A stretch of 64,000 nt of DNA from Planctomycetota bacterium (GCA_022562915.1 JADFOJ010000001.1:51096-115095), one strand, 5' to 3'. Shown: positions 7,900 to 16,730, counted from the stretch's first letter. A program made the numbers and translations. The notes: generated by a model from the letters alone, not told the origin.

Positions 7900-9390
7900 A
7901 TGAAACCGAGATACGCCCCCTGCCGGGCTATCGCGCTGTTCGCCTGTGCGGGCCTTGCGTCCGCCGACGGACCGGGTGAACCGGATCCGGCGGTACCGGG
8001 GCAGATCATCGTGCGCCTCGCGGCGACCGCCGACATCGACGCCTTCGTCGCGCAGTGCCAGGCGGACCACCCGGCCCTGAACCTCGGTCTTACCGTTGTC
8101 AACGCCATCGGCTCGGAGTCGACGTACCTGCTGGAGTTCGACCCGTCGGGCCTCTCCGAGGCCCAACTCACCCAGCTCGAATACGATCTTCAAGACGGCT
8201 ACCTGGGCACCTACCTGACCTGGGGCGGATTCGCCTACGTCGCCCAGGGTCCGGAGGGCGGCACCGGCAACATCTGGTTCTTCGTACCGACCAACGGCCC
8301 GGATCTCTTTCCGGCACAGTTCGCCGCCGCAACGCTGGGTCTGAACGACGCGCACCTCACCTCGACCGGGCAAGGCACGGTGGTGGCGGTGCTCGACACC
8401 GGCATCGACGCGACCCATCCGCAGTTGCAGGGCCGCGTGCTCGCCGGCGGCTACAACTTCATCGACAATAACGGCAACACCGCCGACGTCGGCAACGGCG
8501 TGGACGACGACGGTGACGGCCTGGTGGACGAGCTGGTCGGGCACGGCACGTTCGTCGCGAGCCTGGTCACGCTGGTGGCGCCGGACGCCCGGATCCTGCC
8601 GGTCCGCGTGCTCAACGGCGACGGCGTCGGCAGCGACTGGAGCGTCGCGCTCGGCATCCAGTATGCGATCGACCACGGCGTGGAGGTGATCAACCTCAGC
8701 CTGAGCTCCACGCACGAATCCGAGATCATCGAGGAAGCGGTCGAGCGGGCCGCGGACCTGGGCATCGTGACCGTCAGCGCCGCGGGCAACTTCGGGACCG
8801 ACACGCCGCAGTTCCCGGCTGTCGAGAGCCCGGTGCTGGGCGTTGCCGCCGTCGACGAGCAGGACGTCAAGGCGTCGTTCAGCAGCTACAACGAGGATCT
8901 CACGATCGCGGCGCCAGGCGCCAACGCGAACCCGGGCCAGCCGGACCCCCTGCACTCGATCATCGGCGCGCTGCCTGGAGGCATGTACGGCATGTGGGAG
9001 GGCACGAGTTTCGCCACGGCGCTGGTGTCCGGTGGCGCCGCACTGCTCCGGGCCCAGCACCCCGAATGGCCCAATGACGCGGTTTCCGTTTCGGAAATCG
9101 CCGACACGATAGAGGAGATTCTCAGGGAGACCTCGGTCGACATCGACGGGCTCAATACCATCTTTGCCGACCAACTCGGCGAAGGCCGCATGGACCTCGC
9201 CGAAGCCGTCGCCGCCGGACCGAGTGCGCCGACGCCCGGCGACCTCGACAACGACGGATCGATCGGGATTCTCGACTTCCTGGCGATGCTCGCCGACTGG
9301 AACCTGACGCACAGTTCCGCCGACCTCGACGGCGACGGCACGGTGGGGATTCTCGACTTCCTGATCCTGCTGGGGAACTGGTCAGTCTGA
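7900..9390 (+). CDS. S8 (subtilisin) family serine peptidase with C-terminal dockerin-like module
   Basis: Signal peptide MKPRYAPCRAIALFACAGLASA. Catalytic motifs VAVLDTGID, HGTFVAS and GTSFATALVSG. Tail DLDNDGSIGILDFLAMLADW...DLDGDGTVGILDFLILLGNW. ATG at 7900 follows aaggggaag (an alternative GTG is at 7894). Confidence 0.9.
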   Translation: MKPRYAPCRAIALFACAGLASADGPGEPDPAVPGQIIVRLAATADIDAFVAQCQADHPALNLGLTVVNAIGSESTYLLEFDPSGLSEAQLTQLEYDLQDGYLGTYLTWGGFAYVAQGPEGGTGNIWFFVPTNGPDLFPAQFAAATLGLNDAHLTSTGQGTVVAVLDTGIDATHPQLQGRVLAGGYNFIDNNGNTADVGNGVDDDGDGLVDELVGHGTFVASLVTLVAPDARILPVRVLNGDGVGSDWSVALGIQYAIDHGVEVINLSLSSTHESEIIEEAVERAADLGIVTVSAAGNFGTDTPQFPAVESPVLGVAAVDEQDVKASFSSYNEDLTIAAPGANANPGQPDPLHSIIGALPGGMYGMWEGTSFATALVSGGAALLRAQHPEWPNDAVSVSEIADTIEEILRETSVDIDGLNTIFADQLGEGRMDLAEAVAAGPSAPTPGDLDNDGSIGILDFLAMLADWNLTHSSADLDGDGTVGILDFLILLGNWSV

Positions 9391-10071
9391 CGGCGGGGCG
9401 GGTTCCGCGGACCCGGACCGTTCCGGGGCTGCCGACTTCGGGTACGCGAGGTCCCCAAGCGCCTCGTCACGGATGATCATCCACGCGAACCGGAGCACGA
9501 GGCCGCTGCCGTCGTCCGCCTGCACGACGAATTCCGCGTCGACATCCACCGGCCCGTTCTCGAAGAAGTAGGTGTATGGGATCGCGGCGCGGCGAAGGTC
9601 CGAGACGGGGTCCGCGGCGTCCTCGCGCTGGACCGTGCCGAGCAACCGTCCATAGCGTTCGGCCACGGCGCTGAGAAAGGCCACCGCCTCCTGTTCGGAG
9701 ACCGGTTCGCCCCCGGTGACGAACGCGGCTTGAAATCCGGCGACGTCGCCGCCGTGGCCCGCCACCAGCGCGTCAGCGGGCCCGTAGAGCATCGGCCGGC
9801 GGGCGTGAACGTTCCACCATCGCGCGACGGTCGCCTGACCTCCGAGTGCCAGCAGGCTCACGATCAGCGCCGCCGCCACCAGCCGCTTGCCCGTCCGGTG
9901 CGGGTGCCGCCGGAGGTCCAGCACGGCCACCGCTGCCAGCGCGAGCCCGATCAGGGAAAAGATCGGACAGACAACGACCACCGCGCAGACCAGCGACGCG
10001 ATCGCCCAGAGGCTCCTTTGCCTTGCGGGTGTTGCGGGCAAACCGGGCGAGACCGCCGTCTCAGCCGCCAT
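9382..10071 (-). CDS. DUF4190-like membrane protein, tandem paralog 2
   Basis: Two TM segments (SLWAIASLVCAVVVVCPIFSLIGLALAAVAV... LVAAALIVSLLALGG) plus a soluble C-terminal domain with the same layout as the upstream paralog. ATG at 10071 overlaps the upstream stop by 11 nt. Confidence 0.7.
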   Translation of the reverse strand: MAAETAVSPGLPATPARQRSLWAIASLVCAVVVVCPIFSLIGLALAAVAVLDLRRHPHRTGKRLVAAALIVSLLALGGQATVARWWNVHARRPMLYGPADALVAGHGGDVAGFQAAFVTGGEPVSEQEAVAFLSAVAERYGRLLGTVQREDAADPVSDLRRAAIPYTYFFENGPVDVDAEFVVQADDGSGLVLRFAWMIIRDEALGDLAYPKSAAPERSGSAEPAPPSD

Positions 10072-10789
10072 CGCCCTCTTCCGGCTCCGGGGCTTCGGTC
10101 TCGGTCTCGGTCTCGGTCTCGAGTCCCGGCGGCGGTGTCTTGGCGGGGTAGGTCAGGTCGTCGAAGTCAGGGTCCGTGATCGTGATCCGCCCCAGCTTGA
10201 AGACCGTCGCACTGGTGCGCTCGTCCGCCCAGATGATCTTCGTCCGGCACTCGACAACGGCGTTGTCGAAGGTGAGTACGTAGGCGAACGTGGCGGTGGG
10301 TTGACCGAAGCTCACCGGAGGCTGGCCCGACTGATCGACTTCGCACCCTTGGAACTCACCGTAGCGGCTGCGGATCGTATCGATGAACGCCTGTGCCTCG
10401 GCGTCGGACGCGCGGACGCCCTTGCCGTAGAAGTGCGACTTGAACGCTGTCGGGTCGCCGGCGAAACCACTGGTCAGGGCGTCGTTTGGCCCGCGCATGA
10501 CCATCTCCCAGGACTTGCCGATGAACTCGATCGCCTTGGGATAGACGAATGCCTGGCCGGCGGTGAAGATCACCCCCAGCAGGATCCCGGCCATGGCAAG
10601 CCCCTTGCCCTTGAGCGCCGGGTTGCCGTTGATCGAGACCATGGCCCAGATGCCCAGCAGGATCCCCGGGATCGTGGTCACCGGGACACAGCAGATGAGG
10701 CTGCAGACCAGTGATGCAATCGCCAGGGGGCTGGTCTTCTGCTCCTGGGTCGATTCAAATTCGTCAACGGGCGCACCAAACTGGGTCAT
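10061..10789 (-). CDS. DUF4190-like membrane protein, tandem paralog 1
   Basis: ATG at 10789 (MTQFGAPVDEFEST...). TM pair SPLAIASLVCSLICCVPVTTIPGILLGIWAMV / GLAMAGILLGVIFTAG. Acidic tail GLETETETETEAPEPEE. The rest of the 631-aa ORF is antisense shadow of murD. Confidence 0.75.
   Translation of the reverse strand: MTQFGAPVDEFESTQEQKTSPLAIASLVCSLICCVPVTTIPGILLGIWAMVSINGNPALKGKGLAMAGILLGVIFTAGQAFVYPKAIEFIGKSWEMVMRGPNDALTSGFAGDPTAFKSHFYGKGVRASDAEAQAFIDTIRSRYGEFQGCEVDQSGQPPVSFGQPTATFAYVLTFDNAVVECRTKIIWADERTSATVFKLGRITITDPDFDDLTYPAKTPPPGLETETETETEAPEPEEGDGG
10095..10120. repeat. Hexanucleotide tandem repeat (tcggtc x4) inside a CDS
   Basis: tcggtctcggtctcggtctcggtctcgag encodes the (ET)n tail of the 10061-10789 protein on the minus strand. 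Confidence 0.8.
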
Positions 10790-10861
10790 CGGTCGGCCTC
10801 CATACCACCTGGCAGGCCCATCGTACGGGCTCGCGGCACGCCCCGCCACCGCAGGTACACT

Positions 10862-12151
10862 GTGCCCATGATCGTCGATCCGCACGGACAGCGCGTGACG
10901 GTCATGGGTCTCGGGCGTTTCGGTGGCGGGACCGGCGTCACGCGATGGCTCGCCGACAACGGCGCGCGCGTCACGGTGACCGACCTTCAGTCGCGGTCGA
11001 CGCTTGCCGGACCGCTGCGCGAGATCGCGCCGTACGTCGACGACGGCCGCGTCTGCTTGCATCTTGGCGGCCACCTGGAGAGAGACTTCGTCGAGTGCGA
11101 TCGCGTCGTGGTCACTCCGGCGGTGCCGCAACCGTGGGACAACCCGTTCCTGCGTGCCGCCCGGATGGCCTCTGTCCCGCTGACCACCGAGATCGGCCTC
11201 GTGACCGAACGCGTTGACCGGGGGCGCGTCATCGGCGTCACGGGCACCGCCGGCAAGAGCACGACCGCGGCCATGATCCACCACATCTTCGAGGGCCTGG
11301 GTCACCGGGCACACCTCGGCGGCAATATCGGCGGGTCCCTGCTGACCCGGCTCGGTGAGATCGAGCCGGACGACTGGATCGTGCTGGAGCTTTCCAGTGC
11401 CATGTTGTGGTGGCTGGCGCCGTGGTCCGCCCGCGTCGCAGTGATGACCAACCTGCGACCCAACCACCTCGACTGGCACGGTTCGATGCGGCACTACCGG
11501 CAGTGCAAGGAGGCGATCTTCCGCAATCAACGACCGGGCGACATTGCGCTGCGCGAAGCCGATGCGCGCGGCGACGAACCGATTCGCCTGGCCGTTCCGG
11601 GCGAGCACAACCAGGCCAACGCCCGGTTGGCGATCGCGACCACCGTGCGCATCGGGCTTGACGGGGCCGCGGCCGCCGACACGCTCGGTGACTTCCGGGG
11701 CCTGCCCGATCGATTGCAACTGGTCGCCGAGCAGGACGGCCGGCGGTTCTACAACGACTCCAAGGCCACGACGCCCGAGGCGACGCGGGTGGCCGTGGCG
11801 GCCTTTGAGAACCCGACCGCGGTACATCTTCTCGCCGGGGGCTATGACAAGCAGATTGACCTCGCCGCAATCGTCGAACTCGCCCCGAAGCTGGCCGGGT
11901 TCTACACGATGGGGGCGACGGGCCGGAGCCTCGCCGAGGCGGTCCGGGGCGGCCACGCGGAGTACTGCGAGACGGTGGACAACGCCGTGACCCGCGCGAG
12001 GGCCCGGATGAAGACCGGCGACGTATTGTTACTGAGCCCCGGCTGCGCGAGCTGGGACCAGTTCGAGAACTACCGGCAGCGGGGCGCGGCGTTTCGGGAA
12101 TCAGTGGAGAAAGGGGCAAAGAGGGGGGTGGCACGGTCGACCGAGCGATAG
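10862..12151 (+). CDS. murD: UDP-N-acetylmuramoylalanine--D-glutamate ligase
   Basis: VTVMGLGRFGGGTGVTRWL N-terminal Rossmann segment, GVTGTAGKSTT P-loop, LLSPGCASWDQFENYRQRG C-terminal motif. Start is GTG 10862 or ATG 10868. The last 8 codons and the stop lie inside element E3. Confidence 0.9.
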   Translation: MPMIVDPHGQRVTVMGLGRFGGGTGVTRWLADNGARVTVTDLQSRSTLAGPLREIAPYVDDGRVCLHLGGHLERDFVECDRVVVTPAVPQPWDNPFLRAARMASVPLTTEIGLVTERVDRGRVIGVTGTAGKSTTAAMIHHIFEGLGHRAHLGGNIGGSLLTRLGEIEPDDWIVLELSSAMLWWLAPWSARVAVMTNLRPNHLDWHGSMRHYRQCKEAIFRNQRPGDIALREADARGDEPIRLAVPGEHNQANARLAIATTVRIGLDGAAAADTLGDFRGLPDRLQLVAEQDGRRFYNDSKATTPEATRVAVAAFENPTAVHLLAGGYDKQIDLAAIVELAPKLAGFYTMGATGRSLAEAVRGGHAEYCETVDNAVTRARARMKTGDVLLLSPGCASWDQFENYRQRGAAFRESVEKGAKRGVARSTER

Positions 12152-12227
12152 CGAGGTCGCCCGTGGTTCGACGTCGCACCACGGGCGAGGTCGTCCGCCT
12201 GCGGCGGGCTCCCTCGACCGTGCCACC
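12127..12227. repeat. Palindromic element family, copy E3 (full; right half carries the tccgcc-N4-ggcgg sub-hairpin)
   Basis: ggtggcacggtcgaccgagcgatagcgaggtcgcccgtgg / ttcgacgtcgca / ccacgggcgaggtcgtccgcctgcggcgggctccctcgaccgtgccacc. Lies between convergent murD and the metallopeptidase gene. Confidence 0.85.
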
Positions 12228-12234
12228 CCACGTA

Positions 12235-12612
12235 TCACTCGTACCCAAGCTCCGCCAGATCGTCCTCGTCCAGGCCGAAATGGTGGCCGATCTCGTGCAG
12301 GAGCGTAATGCGGATCTCGTGGCGCACGTGCGGCCAGTCACCTGCGTGCGCCAGGATCCCCTCGCGAAACAGGTGAATGGTCTCCGGCAGCTCGTCGGGC
12401 TGTTCGATCGATCGCTCGGTGAGCGGCGTGCCGCTGTGCAGGCCGCAGAGAACGTCATCCGGTTCAAGACCGAGCTCCCTGCACAACGCCGGCGCGGGGC
12501 GGTCTTCGACGATGAGCGGCGCTTCGTCCAGCAGCGTCTTGAGTCGCTCCGGCAGCGCCGCCAGGACCGTCTCCAGCAACTCGTCGAAGCGGCGACGTTC
12601 GCGACCGGTCAT
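12235..12612 (-). CDS. Small HExxH metallopeptidase family protein
   Basis: HEIGHHFG zinc-binding motif near the C-terminus. ATG at 12612 overlaps the pyrD stop (ATGA). Confidence 0.75.
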   Translation of the reverse strand: MTGRERRRFDELLETVLAALPERLKTLLDEAPLIVEDRPAPALCRELGLEPDDVLCGLHSGTPLTERSIEQPDELPETIHLFREGILAHAGDWPHVRHEIRITLLHEIGHHFGLDEDDLAELGYE

Positions 12613-13541
12613 CCCGAGTCGACTCTGCCGATGAGTTCGGTGATCGACCCGCAGCCCTGGCGCCGGACCCATCTCCTGAGGCCCTTGACGACCGCGACCG
12701 GTGACCGCGGATCGACGAACAGCGCCGTGCCCATGCCGACCGCCGTCGCCCCGGCAAGTATGAGCTCCGCGGCGTCGGTCCAGGTCATGACACCGCCGAG
12801 GCCCACCAGCGGCACGCCGGCGGGCCTGGCGACCGCCCGGTACACGTCGTGCACCATCCGGACCGCCACGGGGTGAATGGCCGGCCCGCTCAGACCGCCG
12901 GCGTCCGCGCCGCCGCCGAGACGCGGCGTGCGTCGCTCGACGTCGATCGCCATCGCCGAAATCGTGTTAATCAGCGTCAGCCCGTCGGCGCCCCCCTCGA
13001 CCGCCGAGGCGGCCATCGCCGTGATGTCCCCGACGTTGGGCGAGAGCTTCACCAGCATCTTCGTCCGGGTGAGCACCGGCCGGATCTCCGCCAGCAGCGC
13101 CCTGAGTGCGCCGGGATCCTCGCCGAAAACGAGCCCGTCGCCGGTGTTGGGGCAGGAGACGTTCAGTTCGACGATCGGCAACCGGTCCTCGGCGTCAAAG
13201 GCCGCCGCGACCGCGGTGTAATCCTCGACGCTGTTGCCGGCGATCGAGCCGATGACGACCGTGTCGATCCGGTCGGCGCCGGCGAGCTTCTGGGCGAGGA
13301 AGCGCTCCAGCCCGACATTCGCCAGCCCCACCGCATTGAGCATCCCCCGCGGCACCTCGATCAGCCGCCAGGGCGGATGACCCTCCCGCGGCTCGCGAGT
13401 GATGGACTTCGTCACCAGTGCCCCCAGCCACGCCGGGGCGAGCACGTCGGCGAGTTCCGTCACGTAGCCGCACGTCCCCGCCGCGGCCACGATGGGGTTC
13501 CGCAGTCCGATGCCGCACAGCTCGACGGAGAGGTCAACCAC
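12609..13541 (-). CDS. pyrD: Dihydroorotate dehydrogenase (class 1 type catalytic subunit)
   Basis: GLRNPIVAAAGTCGY, LVTKSIT, ELNVSCPN, KLSPNV, TLINT, GGLSGPAIHP and LVGLGGV motifs in canonical order. Confidence 0.9.
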   Translation of the reverse strand: MVDLSVELCGIGLRNPIVAAAGTCGYVTELADVLAPAWLGALVTKSITREPREGHPPWRLIEVPRGMLNAVGLANVGLERFLAQKLAGADRIDTVVIGSIAGNSVEDYTAVAAAFDAEDRLPIVELNVSCPNTGDGLVFGEDPGALRALLAEIRPVLTRTKMLVKLSPNVGDITAMAASAVEGGADGLTLINTISAMAIDVERRTPRLGGGADAGGLSGPAIHPVAVRMVHDVYRAVARPAGVPLVGLGGVMTWTDAAELILAGATAVGMGTALFVDPRSPVAVVKGLRRWVRRQGCGSITELIGRVDSG

Positions 13542-13596
13542 GTAAGCTGGTTGTATCAGATCGACGCCGCGAGAGCGTCACCTCAGGTATCATGCC

Positions 13597-14247
13597 GTGA
13601 TGAGCACGACTGACCAGCGGATTGCGCAGTTCGAGAAAATGGCCGCGGATGACGCGGACAACGACATGGCCCACTTCAGTTTGGGCAACGCGTACCTCCA
13701 GGAGGGCCGCCACGCCGAGGCCGCCGCGTCGCTGCAGCGGTGCATCGAGATCAACGGCGAATTGAGCAAGGCCTACCAGCTTGCCGGCCAGGCGCTGATC
13801 GCATGCGGTCGCGAGGACGAGGCTGCCTCGGTGCTGGCCCGCGGCTATGTCGTCGCCGCCGGCAAGGGCGACATGATGCCGCGCAACGCGATCGCCGATC
13901 TGCTGGGCGGCATCGGACGGGAACCACCGCAACTCAGCGCCGAGACGGAGGCCGCCGCGAAGAAAGTCAAGGACAGCGGCGCCTTCGTCTGCCGGCATAC
14001 GGGTCAACCGGGGACGCAACTGCCGGATCCGCCGATGCGCGGGGCGGTCGGCGAATGGATCCACCAGCACATCTCCGCCGAGACGTGGAGCCTGTGGCTC
14101 GGCCAGGGCACGAAGGTCATCAACGAGTTACGGCTGGACTTTTCGCGGGAAGAAGATCAACGCGTCTACGACACGCACATGTGCGAGTTTCTCGGCATCG
14201 ACGAGACGTTGCACGAGCAGCTCGCGTCCGCGCCCGGCGACGACTGA
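13597..14247 (+). CDS. TPR-like N-terminal domain fused to an Fe(2+)-trafficking (YggX-like) domain
   Basis: N-terminal half is TPR-like (HFSLGNAYLQEGRHAEAAASLQRCIEINGELSKAYQLAGQALIACGREDEA). C-terminal half aligns by eye with YggX (FVCRHTGQPGTQL...GEWIHQHISAETWSLWLGQGTKVINELRLDFSREEDQRVYDTHMCEFLG). Confidence 0.75.
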   Translation: MMSTTDQRIAQFEKMAADDADNDMAHFSLGNAYLQEGRHAEAAASLQRCIEINGELSKAYQLAGQALIACGREDEAASVLARGYVVAAGKGDMMPRNAIADLLGGIGREPPQLSAETEAAAKKVKDSGAFVCRHTGQPGTQLPDPPMRGAVGEWIHQHISAETWSLWLGQGTKVINELRLDFSREEDQRVYDTHMCEFLGIDETLHEQLASAPGDD

Positions 14248-14532
14248 TCTCGCGTCGCTCGTGACGAAAAGAACGAATAGGTCTTTTGCAGGTTTCGTGC
14301 GCACGCGCATCGAACCGGGCGCATAGTTTCAATGCTGGGAGGCTCGCAACGAGCATCCGTAATACAGCAGCGAGGCGTGCCGGTTCCTTCGCTCCTGTTG
14401 CTGTTGTGCTCGGCAGCCTCCCCGCATTGCACCGGATTCAGGAGGGTTCCCGGAGGGATACGGAAGAAGAGTCTCGGGAGGGATGGTCTTCAGAACGGTC
14501 CCGGCCAGAGCCCGTTCGGGGGATGCGAGGGG

Positions 14533-14565
14533 AAATGACCGTGCACGAACAGTGCGCGGTCATTT
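14533..14565. terminator. Stem-loop with A/T flanks at the 3' end of the BatA-like gene
   Basis: aaatgaccgtgca-cgaacag-tgcgcggtcattt forms a 13-bp stem with one G-U pair. It overlaps the TAA stop at 14564-14566. Confidence 0.5.
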
Positions 14566-16549
14566 ATATGTACGCCCTGCGGTGGTACACCCACCACTCG
14601 ATCATCATCACCGCCAGGCACACTCCGACCGCCCACGGCCACAACGGCATGTACTGGTTGCCGCTGCCGGCGATGTGAACGTCGTCTTCGCGGGCGAAAA
14701 TCTCCGTCGCCGGTGTGATGTCGCTTTCCGACTCGCTGAGGGCGTTGACGGCCAGCGGCCGGCCCGACCGATCGTCCTCACCGGGCATGGACCAGGTCAG
14801 CCCGTACACCCCGGACAACCTGATCGGCCCCCAGCTGAACATGGTCTGTTCCGATGCGGCGATCGCGATGGCCTCATCGCGGCCCGGGATCTCCAGCTCG
14901 ACCGCCTCCGCCGCCGCGGGAAGGCGCGTGCTCAGCGCTTCGCCCGGCGCGAAGCTCGTCGCGCTGATCGCCTCCCCGGCATGTCCGAGGAACTCGACCG
15001 CGTTGACGATGAAGGTCACGAAACCGCGTTGAAACGGCCAGTTGCTGTCCAGCGGATTGAAGGTGACGTAGACCACCTGCATCGGGCCGCGGGCGACCAT
15101 GACGATCACGGGGCCAGTGCTCCCCTCGGCCAGCACCTCCACGTCATCGGCGGGCGCCAGCAGGTTGTATCGCGAGATGAACAGTTGATCGAGGTTGACG
15201 AACCGGAACAGCGGATGTTCTTCGCGGTAATCCAGGATGAGCTGCGCGTTGCCCCGGCCGTACTCGTTGAGCCCCTCGACAGGCGGCGTCGCCCCCAGGG
15301 CGAGATACCTCCCCGGCAGCATGCTGCCCGCCGGCGGGGCGTAGTTGTCCAGCACGACGACGTCGTACTGATCAGCACCGCCGGTGTCACGGAGACCCTC
15401 GAACTCGGTCGTCGTGAGCGTGACCAGTCGCTCGATCGAGCCCATCCCCTCAAGAACGGTCTTGAGCAGGAAACCGTCCTCGCCGACGAGCGCCACCGAG
15501 AGCCTCCGCGGCGGCGGCACCACCAGCCGGACCACGTTGTCCGCGGCAAGGTCGTCGTTGCGCAGGTTCGCCACCTCGATCACCGCGCCCTCGGGCTGCT
15601 CGAACGGCGTGAAGATCACGGTCCGCCGCCACGGCACGAGCACCCCGGTTGCGGGATCGGCCGCGGCGGCCTCGACCGCGACCTCCTCGATCGCCACGGC
15701 GACGCCGTTGACCGAGAGCTGCACGTCGACGACCACCGGGTGCGTGTTGAAGTTCGCCAGCGCCGCGAAGACCTCCACGGTCGTCGGGCGGTCATACGGC
15801 CGCTCGATCGAGATGGCGGTGAAGGCCACGTTGTCGGCGGTCTCGGACCCGATCGGGTAGTACAGCAGTGTCTCGCCTCGCAGCACCTGGTCGGCGAGAT
15901 CCTCGATGCGCCCGTCGCTGAACAGCTCCAGCGTCGCCGGGTCGCCGATGGGCCGGTCCGAGTCGGGGTCGACATTGGTCGTGTACGCCCGGGCGAGGGC
16001 GAGCGCGTCGGCGATCCGTGACCGGCCGTGGGTAGGCCGGATCCGGTTGATCGCCGCCAGCAGTTGCGGCTTGGAGTCGGTGAAGGGTGCGTACACCTCC
16101 GCGCGGTCGGAGAACGCGATCACCATCGTCTCGCCGGCGGACTGCGTGAAGAGCCCGCGGCCGTACAGTTCCTCGATCCGGTTGGTCGCGCGGCGCTGTG
16201 CTTCCTGAAGACGGCTCCGGCCGTCCCGGACGTCGGTCGCCGTCATCGAGCCGGAGTTGTCCAGAAGCAGGACCGTCCTGCCGCCGGCGCGGCGGCCCGC
16301 CTGGATCTGCGGCTGCATGATGGCCAGCACCAACAGCGCCAGCACGAGCAACTGCAGGAACAGCAGCAGGCTGCGCCGCAGCCGCTGAAAAGGCGCGTTG
16401 GCGCGCAGGTCCTCGACGGACCGCTTCCACAACAGCGTGCACGCGATCGGCTGGGACCGCCGCCGCAGCTTCAGGAAGTACAGCAGCACCAGCGGCGGGA
16501 TCACCGCCGCGGCAAGAATCAATCCCGTCGGGATGGAGATCCAGTTCAC
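14564..16549 (-). CDS. BatA-like VWA domain membrane protein
   Basis: N-terminus NWISIPTGLILAAAVIPPLVLLYFLKLRRR matches the aerotolerance-regulator N-terminal TM domain. VWA MIDAS segment TVLLLDNSGSMTATD. C-terminal TM segment. Start is GTG 16549 (an alternative GTG at 16576 lies inside element E4). Confidence 0.8.
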   Translation of the reverse strand: MNWISIPTGLILAAAVIPPLVLLYFLKLRRRSQPIACTLLWKRSVEDLRANAPFQRLRRSLLLFLQLLVLALLVLAIMQPQIQAGRRAGGRTVLLLDNSGSMTATDVRDGRSRLQEAQRRATNRIEELYGRGLFTQSAGETMVIAFSDRAEVYAPFTDSKPQLLAAINRIRPTHGRSRIADALALARAYTTNVDPDSDRPIGDPATLELFSDGRIEDLADQVLRGETLLYYPIGSETADNVAFTAISIERPYDRPTTVEVFAALANFNTHPVVVDVQLSVNGVAVAIEEVAVEAAAADPATGVLVPWRRTVIFTPFEQPEGAVIEVANLRNDDLAADNVVRLVVPPPRRLSVALVGEDGFLLKTVLEGMGSIERLVTLTTTEFEGLRDTGGADQYDVVVLDNYAPPAGSMLPGRYLALGATPPVEGLNEYGRGNAQLILDYREEHPLFRFVNLDQLFISRYNLLAPADDVEVLAEGSTGPVIVMVARGPMQVVYVTFNPLDSNWPFQRGFVTFIVNAVEFLGHAGEAISATSFAPGEALSTRLPAAAEAVELEIPGRDEAIAIAASEQTMFSWGPIRLSGVYGLTWSMPGEDDRSGRPLAVNALSESESDITPATEIFAREDDVHIAGSGNQYMPLWPWAVGVCLAVMMIEWWVYHRRAYI

Positions 16550-16572
16550 GGGCGTTGGCCTTTTGCGCCTGC

Positions 16573-16721
16573 CCACGGGCGAACTCGTCCGCCTGCGGCG
16601 GACTCGCTCGACCGTGCCACCCCGCGCGCTCGGGTGGCACGGTCAACGGAGCGCAGCGACGTCGCCCGTGGGGCGACGTATCTCCACGGGCGAACTCGCT
16701 TCGCTCGCTCGACCGTGCCAC
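16573..16721. repeat. Palindromic element family, half copy E4 (16573-16622) abutting full copy E5 (16633-16721)
   Basis: E4 reads ccacgggcgaactcgtccgcctgcggcggactcgctcgaccgtgccacc. After a 10-nt gcgcgc-containing joint, E5 reads ggtggcacggtcaacggagcgcagcgacgtcgcccgtgg / ggcgacgtatct / ccacgggcgaactcgcttcgctcgctcgaccgtgccac. Lies between the DUF58 and BatA-like genes. Confidence 0.85.
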
Positions 16722-16730
16722 ACATCGCGT

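Noticed and set aside
14331-14430. Assignment of the structured intergenic hairpin to a known RNA class (6S, SRP, RNase P, tmRNA, riboswitch).
   Set aside because: None of the conserved sequence signatures I know for these classes is present. There is also no downstream gene in either orientation for a cis-regulator. It is left as an unclassified candidate.
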